Below are positions 56,326 through 64,000 of a stretch of 64,000 nt of DNA, piece by piece. This DNA is from Leptolyngbya sp. NIES-3755 (lineage in GTDB: Bacteria; Cyanobacteriota; Cyanobacteriia; Leptolyngbyales; Leptolyngbyaceae). The first letter of the stretch is position 1. Each line of letters starts with the position of its first letter. Below the pieces are notes generated by a model, which saw nothing but the letters and a program-made list of their open reading frames with translations, was not told the DNA's origin and searched no databases. The stretch covers positions 503,030 to 567,029 of the forward strand of contig AP017308.1 of the NCBI GenBank assembly GCA_001548435.1. Direction: 5' to 3'. Both the position numbers and the translations under genes were made by a program.

Positions 56326-57966
56326 TTGGTATACCTGATTCACGTTCATCTACTTGTTGTCAGAATGCCTTACGCGATCGACTTCGGAACCAGTAACACT
56401 GTGATCACTCGCTGGAATGCAGCGACTCAACAGCCTGAAACGCTTTCGATTCCTGGAATTTCTCAACGGTTGGCACAGAATCCGCCGCTGATTCCCAGTT
56501 TGGTTTATGTGGAGAATGCGGCTCAAGGAAAAGTCACGATCGGTCAACAAGTGCGCGATCAAGCGTTAGACATTAGCAGCGATGCCCGATTTTTCCGCAA
56601 TTTCAAACGGGGAATCGGTACAGATGTGCAAGGATTTTTACCGGAATTAGATAATCAAACGGTTCGATTCGAGCAGGTTGGCGAATGGTTTTTGACGCAG
56701 ATTATCAACCAACTCAAAACAACTGATCCTGAGATTGCAGAATCGCTAACTTTTACGGTTCCGGTGGATAGTTTTGAGGCGTATCGATTGTGGTTGGGTC
56801 AGATTTGCGAATCGCTCGATATCAATCAGGTGCGGATGATCGATGAACCGACTGCGGCAGCGTTGGGATATGGATTAAGCGATCGACAAACGCTATTGGT
56901 AATCGATTTCGGAGGCGGAACACTCGATTTATCGATCGTTCAAATCAATGTGAATGAAACCGCTCAATCCAGACCAATGGGATTCATTCTGAAATGGGGA
57001 CAGAAATCATTTAAGGAACAGTCTGGACAAAAAGCAAAAATCGCTAGAGTGATCGCGAAAGCTGGACAAAATTTAGGCGGATCAGATCTTGATAATTGGC
57101 TCGTAGATCATTTTGTCAATACTCAAGAAGTTGCAGCATCACCGCTAATTGCAAGATTATCTGAACGGTTAAAGATCCAGCTTTCGCTTTCAAATCAAGC
57201 ACAGGAAGTATTCTTTAACGATGAAACTTTTGAGAGTTACGATTTATCTTTAACACGATCGCAGTTTGAGCAGATTTTAAGCGATCGAGGTTTCTTCACT
57301 AAACTCGATGAATCAATGGAGCAAGTTTTACAACAAGCCCGCCGCCAGGGACTTGCTGTGAGCGATATTGATGCCGTTCTCTTAGTCGGTGGAACGGTTC
57401 AAATTCCAGCGGTTCAGAATTGGGTGAGACAGTATTTTGATCAGAGCTTAATTCGATGTGAGAAACCGTTTGAAGCGATCGCACAAGGAGCTTTACAACT
57501 CAGCCAAGGGGTTCAACTCAAAGACTTTCTCTATCACGGTTATGGAATCCGCTATTGGGATCGCAGACAAAATCAACATAATTGGCATCCACTGGTCAAA
57601 GCTGGACAGTCTTACCCGATGGAAAATCCTGTCGAACTCGTACTTGGTGCATCTGTTGATAATCAACCGAGTATTGAGCTGATTATTGGTGAACTCGGAA
57701 CCGAAACGACTCAGACAGAAGTATATTTTGATGGCGATCGATTAGTCACCAGAAATCTTTCGACTTCTCAAGCTCCGGTACAAGCATTGAACGATCGAGA
57801 GGGATCGCGCAGTATTGCCGAACTTGATCCGCCGGGAGTACCAGGAAGCGATCGTATCAAAGTGCAATTTATTGTCGATAGCGATCGCTTTCTCAAAATT
57901 ACGGTGGAAGATTTGTTAACCGATCGAACGCTCGTTGAAGATCAGCCTGTGGTGCAATTAAGTTAA
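56326..57966 (+). CDS. Non-canonical Hsp70-family (actin-fold ATPase) protein; true start probably MPYAIDFG at 56368
   Basis: Hsp70 NBD motifs IDFGTSNT, IDEPTAAALGYG, LVIDFGGGTLDLSIV. The C-terminal region is not the DnaK substrate-binding domain. Confidence 0.7.
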   Translation: MVYLIHVHLLVVRMPYAIDFGTSNTVITRWNAATQQPETLSIPGISQRLAQNPPLIPSLVYVENAAQGKVTIGQQVRDQALDISSDARFFRNFKRGIGTDVQGFLPELDNQTVRFEQVGEWFLTQIINQLKTTDPEIAESLTFTVPVDSFEAYRLWLGQICESLDINQVRMIDEPTAAALGYGLSDRQTLLVIDFGGGTLDLSIVQINVNETAQSRPMGFILKWGQKSFKEQSGQKAKIARVIAKAGQNLGGSDLDNWLVDHFVNTQEVAASPLIARLSERLKIQLSLSNQAQEVFFNDETFESYDLSLTRSQFEQILSDRGFFTKLDESMEQVLQQARRQGLAVSDIDAVLLVGGTVQIPAVQNWVRQYFDQSLIRCEKPFEAIAQGALQLSQGVQLKDFLYHGYGIRYWDRRQNQHNWHPLVKAGQSYPMENPVELVLGASVDNQPSIELIIGELGTETTQTEVYFDGDRLVTRNLSTSQAPVQALNDREGSRSIAELDPPGVPGSDRIKVQFIVDSDRFLKITVEDLLTDRTLVEDQPVVQLS

Positions 57967-58010
57967 TTTTTGCGTTCGATCAATGAACGGGCTATGTGAA
58001 CAATTCGCAC

Positions 58011-59513
58011 TTACAACCGTCTTGCCACACAGCCTTTCCGGTCTTGATCCGACTGAGGTTCTTGCCAGGAATAAGCAAAATGACTCACCGAAGAAATTCG
58101 TGGTGAAAGAGACTTTAAAGCCTCCATTTGCACTTCTAACGGCGGACGATTGCTAATCGATTCTTGCCAAACTCCTGCTAAGACAGGTCTGACTTCAGTT
58201 CCTTGAGGAGCTTGCGCCAAAACTCGCTGGACTTGTTTCACCACACAATCTGCATTCCCACAAGTCGCATAAGACATTGGATTCCAGGAAATATTTTTGG
58301 GAAATCGATCCCAAGGCTGCAAGCGCGAATCAAATCCCCGTCCGATCGTTTGATTGCCTTCTGGAAAAAACACCGCTCCCGCTGGTAATCCTGCCTGTTG
58401 CACCGGATAAATTGCGACATTGAGAAAATCAACAACGCCCTGCATCGCATGAGCCACACTCAATCGCCACAAATCCGATTGCAGGACTCCCGCCCGCTGC
58501 CCAACCGTTCCACGAGTGTCGATCGCAGTCGGAATTCGCCCTTGCCACATCGGAACTTTCTCACGCGGAAGTAGTTTATCAACCGCTGCGACATCACTCG
58601 CACTAATCGAACCTCGATCGATATACCGCTTGATCAACTCCCGTCCTTTATTATTCAATCCTCGATCGATCAGTGCCTTTCTCGATGCTTCGCCAAACAC
58701 CCACAAATCTTGGATACTCGTTGACACTGAGCCTTTTCCTTGACTGCGCGGATAGCGAATGTAATCGAACAATAACCCATCAGGTCGGCGCTTGATCACT
58801 TCTTTCACCATCCGGTAATAGTCCTGTTTCGCCGCCAAACTATAGGGATCAATAAAAGCTTCATCCGGGTTCAATGCGCCTAAAACCGTACTCAATCCCG
58901 CGATCGTATTGGCGTTTAAACTGGTTTGTCCACGTCCATTCCGCAATAGAGAGACCTGCTTTTCTGGCTTGTTCGCGTAGGTATAGCCGAAATTCATGCT
59001 GAACATCCAGGCATAAACTTTCAGACCGCGATCGCGTCCTTTCTGAATCACTTGAGCGAGTAGATCGACATTACTCGACTGGATCACCGATTGCCATGCG
59101 GTCGGATTGTCATTCGCTGGCAGAAGAACCTGTCCGTTGTAGAAAGTCTCAACATAAACTTCGTTGTAGCCTCGATCGACAATCCGATCCAACACTTCCT
59201 CGATCGCTCCTGGTCGTGTATCACACGCATAGAGTCGTAACCAAATCCCCTGAGTTTTTAGCCAGTTCTGGTTGCGACATTGCCGCAATTGATCCGCATG
59301 TTGACGGAGCAGAGTTTGATAATTTTGTTGTGCTTGTGCTCCATCTTTAAGCGATTCACGGCGGGCAGCATCCTTTTGTCGGATTATGTCCGAAGTTTGC
59401 TGGCAATAAGGAAGAAAATCTGCCTTTGCCACACTGCGCCACACGCCTTGAGCAACGAGACTAGCGGTGACGATCGCGAAAACGAAGCCATTCCGAAAAG
59501 AGATTACTCTCAT
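58011..59513 (-). CDS. Glycoside-hydrolase-like GHL10 (DUF4015/YngK-type) family secreted protein
   Basis: Signal peptide; GYNEVYVETFYNGQVLLP block typical of GHL10. Confidence 0.65.
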   Translation of the reverse strand: MRVISFRNGFVFAIVTASLVAQGVWRSVAKADFLPYCQQTSDIIRQKDAARRESLKDGAQAQQNYQTLLRQHADQLRQCRNQNWLKTQGIWLRLYACDTRPGAIEEVLDRIVDRGYNEVYVETFYNGQVLLPANDNPTAWQSVIQSSNVDLLAQVIQKGRDRGLKVYAWMFSMNFGYTYANKPEKQVSLLRNGRGQTSLNANTIAGLSTVLGALNPDEAFIDPYSLAAKQDYYRMVKEVIKRRPDGLLFDYIRYPRSQGKGSVSTSIQDLWVFGEASRKALIDRGLNNKGRELIKRYIDRGSISASDVAAVDKLLPREKVPMWQGRIPTAIDTRGTVGQRAGVLQSDLWRLSVAHAMQGVVDFLNVAIYPVQQAGLPAGAVFFPEGNQTIGRGFDSRLQPWDRFPKNISWNPMSYATCGNADCVVKQVQRVLAQAPQGTEVRPVLAGVWQESISNRPPLEVQMEALKSLSPRISSVSHFAYSWQEPQSDQDRKGCVARRL

Positions 59514-59641
59514 ATTTTCACATTGATGAACTTGACAGGTTCAGAGTCAGAGTTTAGCGTCTCTTGTCCAAAGATCTGAACCGTAGCGATCGTGTCTTCA
59601 TCGATATAAACGCTCCATGAAAAGCGATCGCTCAAAGTTTT

Positions 59642-60067
59642 TTAGCGCTCCCAACGGAACTTACGGTCTGATTCCTGAATGAGCAAATCATTAATACTTG
59701 CTTCTCGCCGTCGCATCAAACCATTCTCAGCAAATTCCCACTGCTCATTTCCATAAGAGCGAAACCAGTTGCCTGAATCGTCGTGCCATTCATATTCAAA
59801 TTTCACCGAAATCCGATTTTCAGTAAAACTCCATAGTTCTTTCCGGAGCCGATAATCGAGTTCCTTGTTCCATTTGCGCTTGAGAAATTCTCGAACTTCT
59901 TCGCGTCCAGTCAGAAACTCTGATCGATTCCGCCATTGAGAATCTTCGGTATATGCCAGCGCAACCCGCTCTGGATCACGAGTATTCCAAGCATCCTCAG
60001 CCGCTTGAACTTTGATTTTTGCCGTCTCAAGCGTAAACGGCGGTAAAGGAGGTTTCGTTTCCATCAC
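59642..60067 (-). CDS. DUF1348 (NTF2/SnoaL-like) family protein
   Basis: [43 protein letters not shown] pattern of the DUF1348 family. Confidence 0.6.
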   Translation of the reverse strand: MMETKPPLPPFTLETAKIKVQAAEDAWNTRDPERVALAYTEDSQWRNRSEFLTGREEVREFLKRKWNKELDYRLRKELWSFTENRISVKFEYEWHDDSGNWFRSYGNEQWEFAENGLMRRREASINDLLIQESDRKFRWER

Positions 60068-60196
60068 ATCGAACCAATCAATCGATCGCTTATTTTAGGG
60101 GACGAAGTCGATCGAGCAATGGACGAAATTCTTAAGTTTGCACAGCAAAAAGCGCATCAGTCGAAGTTCAAACCCATGCGCTTCAGAGATCCAGAA

Positions 60197-60529
60197 TTAG
60201 CCGACGAGATCTTCAGGGGGAGTCGGTCCAGCGGAAATTCCGAGTTGCTTGTGGCTTTTCTTCAGTTGCTTCCACAGCGATCGAATTTCTTGAAACGATT
60301 CTTCTGGAGTGAGCTTACCGCCTGTTTCAAGACAGCAAATATACGTCACTCGCTGAGAAAACTCCTGCAAATTCGCATTAAACACCAAGTTCTCTGGTTT
60401 GACTTGCCCCCGATAGCGGCTGCGCGGGTATAAGAAATTGTGTTGGTCTGCCATTTTTGGATCTCCTGCTAAAAACGATGTTGGTGTTTGCGCTTCAGTG
60501 GATGCGAACCACTGGGTTGCACGGTGCAA
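60197..60529 (-). CDS. Hypothetical protein (start likely internal)
   Basis: ORF only. Confidence 0.3.
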   Translation of the reverse strand: MHRATQWFASTEAQTPTSFLAGDPKMADQHNFLYPRSRYRGQVKPENLVFNANLQEFSQRVTYICCLETGGKLTPEESFQEIRSLWKQLKKSHKQLGISAGPTPPEDLVG

Positions 60530-60714
60530 TTTTTCTCCTGTGTAAGAGGAAGGGAACTCGATGAGAGCGAATTCTTACTTTAACCTGTCTTAACCAAATG
60601 TTAACCTATGCTTTCGGAAAAAGCTGTAACAAAAAACACGGCTTTACCTAGACTAGACAGAGCCGCGTTTCTACACATCACCCGTAGGGATAAATTTCTC
60701 TTAACCTTAGCAAT

Positions 60715-62382
60715 CTAAGCCACCTGTTGCTTCAATTTCACACCTTGTTCTGTCGTCTGCTCAGGCAAGTAGTTAAACTTCAACCAGTCTGCTAAGCGTA
60801 GCGACATTGCCACAATCATCAGTGTCGGATTGGCATGACCCGCCGTTGGAAAGACTGAGCTACCCGCAATAAACAATCCTTCGACATCATGAACTTGACT
60901 GTTAGAGTTCACGACTCCTTGTTTTGGATCGTCTGACATGCGAGTAGTTCCGATCGGATGTGCTCGATCGACAAAATTCGGCTCCCAGCCTTCCGCTTGA
61001 TCGAGCCAGTCAGACAACACAGGTTTGGGAAGATTCAATCGATCGAACTCTTCACAAATTAAATGTGCCAACCGCCGGACAGATTGCCGTTCTTGTTCGC
61101 TAATCTTCCAATCGATTCGAGAAATTGGCATTCCTAATCGATCGCGTTGATCGGATAAGGTGACTCGGCTGTCTGGATTCGGACGCTGCTCGACATGGCA
61201 ATACAAATCCACGCGCTCAGCTTTATTAATGGTGGGTCGATGTTTGATATATCGACGGTAGAGACCATAGCCGATCGCATGGGGTTGAGTTAAAACTGCC
61301 ATTGCTCCTCGATAGGCTTCCGGAGTAATCTTGCCGTTTTTCAGTGCCTCTTTCAAAGCTTTGACTGCATCCCACGGATCATCCTCAGATACGATCGTTT
61401 CAAGATAGGCTGCACAGTTGAGCAATTGTTCTTTCTGTTGAAGTTCAGGGTTGAGCGCCATGCCCTGAAGATACACATGCCGACCTTTGGTGTTATCTAA
61501 CCAGTAGTGTCCAAAGCGATCGCGGACTTGTTTCGCGGCAACTGGATCAAAGCTGCCCAATACACAACCTGGATGATCCATCAAATATCGCCCGACCACA
61601 TCGTTTTGATTGCCTACTCCCTGCGGCACAATTCGATTCGAGGCTAAAAGTAAGCGGGCATTCTCGATCCCACCACAGCAGAGCACGACTGCTTTTGCTC
61701 GAATTGTCGCTTGTTTCCCGTTTAAGCTTGTCACCTCGATCGATTGCAGTCTTGTTCCTTCTGGATTGGTGTTGAGATGCGTCACATTTGCATTCATCAA
61801 CACCTGAATATTCGGTGCGTGATCGGGCATAAACCCTTGACCAAATCGTGCAGGTTCATGCGGATTGTTGTGATGTTTGCTGAATTGCCAAAATACAGGT
61901 TTAACCAAAGCTTCGTTCAGTGAATCCGCAGCAGAAGACACTTTGAACTGTTCCCAAAGCCGCTCATCGTAACAGTGCGGACCCAGTCCAAGATTTTCCC
62001 CGGCTCGTTCGAGATAGGGGTCAAGACTACGCCGAGTGATGGTCCAGCCTGAGTGCGGAACCCACGATCGCGGTTGAAAATCCAGTTCATCAAACGGTGC
62101 ACACCGACCTGTCCAAAGGTGAGAGGTTCCACCAAAAATTCGATAACGATTCCGGCTATGATTGGGTTCGCGAGGAACACCCACGTTTTCAATTTGATAC
62201 AGCGATTGTGTTTCTACATCTTCATCTTTGCTGCCACTTTCCACGATTAAGACTTGAACACGAGTTCCGACAAACTCTTTCGCGATCGAGAGTCCAGCCG
62301 GACCACTGCCCACAATACACAGGTCTGCTTCAAATTCAGACTCAGGTTCCAATGTTTTGAAATCTCTAAATTTCACGCTCAC
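60715..62382 (-). CDS. GMC-family FAD-dependent oxidoreductase
   Basis: N-terminal Rossmann motif DLCIVGSGPAGLSIA and C-terminal GMC active-site region with conserved His/Asn (GTTRMS...HDVEGLFIAGSSVFPTAGHANPTLMI). Confidence 0.85.
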   Translation of the reverse strand: MSVKFRDFKTLEPESEFEADLCIVGSGPAGLSIAKEFVGTRVQVLIVESGSKDEDVETQSLYQIENVGVPREPNHSRNRYRIFGGTSHLWTGRCAPFDELDFQPRSWVPHSGWTITRRSLDPYLERAGENLGLGPHCYDERLWEQFKVSSAADSLNEALVKPVFWQFSKHHNNPHEPARFGQGFMPDHAPNIQVLMNANVTHLNTNPEGTRLQSIEVTSLNGKQATIRAKAVVLCCGGIENARLLLASNRIVPQGVGNQNDVVGRYLMDHPGCVLGSFDPVAAKQVRDRFGHYWLDNTKGRHVYLQGMALNPELQQKEQLLNCAAYLETIVSEDDPWDAVKALKEALKNGKITPEAYRGAMAVLTQPHAIGYGLYRRYIKHRPTINKAERVDLYCHVEQRPNPDSRVTLSDQRDRLGMPISRIDWKISEQERQSVRRLAHLICEEFDRLNLPKPVLSDWLDQAEGWEPNFVDRAHPIGTTRMSDDPKQGVVNSNSQVHDVEGLFIAGSSVFPTAGHANPTLMIVAMSLRLADWLKFNYLPEQTTEQGVKLKQQVA

Positions 62383-62909
62383 CGCTCCGTCAAAAGCTTT
62401 GTTACTTTAATCACTTCTATCTGATCGACTCACTCGCTTTTCTAGAAAGAAAAGCACCAGAATGCAAGCTAATCAGAAGCTTGGAATTGTTCACTACCTA
62501 CGAGCAAAGCTTCACCAGACAACGGCAGAAGAAAGAGTTGTGATTTGAAACACTATTTGGTTGTATTGCGTATCACAGTGTAGGAGAACACGAAAAATAT
62601 ACGGCGAATACCGAAGAGATTTCTTACTGCCTTCGCGAAATTTGCACAATCTCTACGTAAAACAAGGGAATGTTCTGAATTTAATGAAGCTTTCGTATTT
62701 CTGCCAGTTAGTACAGGTACAGAAAAATACATAAAATCTACCTGCGTAGAACTTCATCTTCGCTTAGCAACTCTTGATTTTCGGTTTTTTTTACACAAAG
62801 CTGCTTTAAGAAATTTCCGTAAACTTTATTAGTTGATTCTCAATCAGAGCGAAATCATCAGTATCTTTTTTGTAAATAAAACTACTGACAACTACGAGGA
62901 TTCACCTGA

Positions 62910-64000
62910 ATGAGAAGTCGCCGAGTTCTGGGATATTTTTTTTACGGTGGGAATGAGACTTATAAGCTAGAACTTTTTTTCAGCATTCTTTCTGCCTTAA
63001 AACAACTGCAAAGCAAATCCAGCGACATCATCATTAGCGTTGTCACTGATCAAGTTGATTTTGATCCAGATCTACCGATCGACATTCTTCATGTTTCACC
63101 GGAAGAACTCGCAATCTGGACAAACGGCGGGACTTATAACCATCGGGCAAAATGCTTCGCAATGAAGAAGTTACTGGAGCATTATCAATGTCCAGTCGTC
63201 CTGGCTGATACGGACACCTATTTTCTAAAGCATCCCTCAGAACTCTTTGACAGAATTTCGCCCACTCAAACGGTGATGCACTGTAAAGAAGTAGATGCGA
63301 TCGCAGATTATTCTTTGTACCAGCCGTTCCTCCACAATCTTGGTAATGGACTGGAGATCGGAGGAATTCGGCTAACTCGTGATTCTCCGGTCTACAACTC
63401 TGGCGTGATCGGTGTGGATGCGGCTCATCTGAGTCTAATGGATCAAGCGATCGCGGTTTTGGATAAAACTTATGCGGTTTGTCCAGTTTTCGATGTTGAA
63501 CAATTGTCGATCGGGCTAGTTCTAGCTCAAAGAACGAAGCTCTCGACCAGCGAAGATGTCATGGTTCATTACTGGGGCTATTCCAGATACTTCATTCAAG
63601 TGCAGAGCAAAAGGCTTTTTACTAACTTTTCAGCCCGCACTCTAGAGAAATTGCTCAAGCAACCTTTTCCCGTAGCACCCGGTTATCCTGCTAAATCGCT
63701 GCGAGATAAGCTCAGTGCTCGTGCCTGGAGTGCGTTTTACAAGTGGGACGATGACTACCGATTCGCCTATTTAAGTTATCGGTGTGCATTATCTTATGCA
63801 GATCGAGATACAGAGTATGCCAATGTCTGGGCGAAGATTGCTCTAGAAAGTCTGAAATGGGCAAATCCAGATCACTTAGTTGAATCCGTTAGACGGGATT
63901 TTCGTCAGTTTCGAGTTGAAAAGCTCGATCGACTGACTTGGCTTGATCCAGAAGTTAAGATTGCTTGGCAAAACTTTGGGAGTGGTTCGCTCGATTTTGG
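62910..64000 (+). CDS. Hypothetical protein (3' end outside window)
   Basis: Open frame from the ATG at 62910 to the window end. Preceded by a 500-bp AT-rich intergenic region. Confidence 0.4.
   Translation, partial: MRSRRVLGYFFYGGNETYKLELFFSILSALKQLQSKSSDIIISVVTDQVDFDPDLPIDILHVSPEELAIWTNGGTYNHRAKCFAMKKLLEHYQCPVVLADTDTYFLKHPSELFDRISPTQTVMHCKEVDAIADYSLYQPFLHNLGNGLEIGGIRLTRDSPVYNSGVIGVDAAHLSLMDQAIAVLDKTYAVCPVFDVEQLSIGLVLAQRTKLSTSEDVMVHYWGYSRYFIQVQSKRLFTNFSARTLEKLLKQPFPVAPGYPAKSLRDKLSARAWSAFYKWDDDYRFAYLSYRCALSYADRDTEYANVWAKIALESLKWANPDHLVESVRRDFRQFRVEKLDRLTWLDPEVKIAWQNFGSGSLDF

Noticed and set aside
62400-62909. AT-rich 500-bp intergenic region with poly-T runs; considered ncRNA or mobile-element scar
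   Set aside because: No inverted repeats, no tRNA-like fold and no ORF are visible. It most simply serves as promoter/5'-UTR for the last gene and terminator region for the GMC oxidoreductase.
1-64000. Checked for CRISPR arrays (regularly spaced identical repeats)
   Set aside because: The recurring palindromes are the HIP1 octamer at irregular spacing. No repeat-spacer periodicity was seen.

Overview
Cyanobacterial chromosomal window. The octamer GCGATCGC (HIP1) recurs throughout, and allophycocyanin (apcABC) and isiA genes are present. Coding density is high. In window order: (1) an iron-stress cluster (isiA, a Crp-family regulator, dps, a ferritin-like/hemerythrin protein); (2) housekeeping genes (pgl, a LivJ-type binding protein, an SDR oxidoreductase, ExoD); (3) the most notable locus: an MscS-type channel with a C-terminal cyclic-nucleotide-binding domain directly upstream of a complete Wsp-like chemosensory operon (CheW, CheR-TPR, CHASE3-MCP, CheW, hybrid CheA, CheB), whose terminal response regulator carries a class III adenylyl-cyclase domain instead of GGDEF. 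The CheA gene also carries an in-frame GC-rich palindromic mini-insertion; (4) MoxR/DUF58, mutL, argS and a patch of toxin-antitoxin/mobile-type genes (hicBA, vapBC, a frameshifted HNH endonuclease); (5) a tRNA-Phe preceded by an aberrant tRNA-Phe-like copy and followed by tRNA-remnant sequence, next to an operon of an SPFH protein with four N-terminal repeats, two signal-peptide-less HtrA/PDZ proteases and a LuxR regulator with an atypical receiver; (6) tRNA-Gln, a sugar ABC transporter, an IS5-family insertion sequence interrupting a Uma2-family endonuclease gene at a CTAG target, cobN, apcABC, a CHASE3-GAF histidine kinase, an Hsp70-like protein, a GHL10 hydrolase and a GMC oxidoreductase. 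No rRNA or CRISPR array was found.
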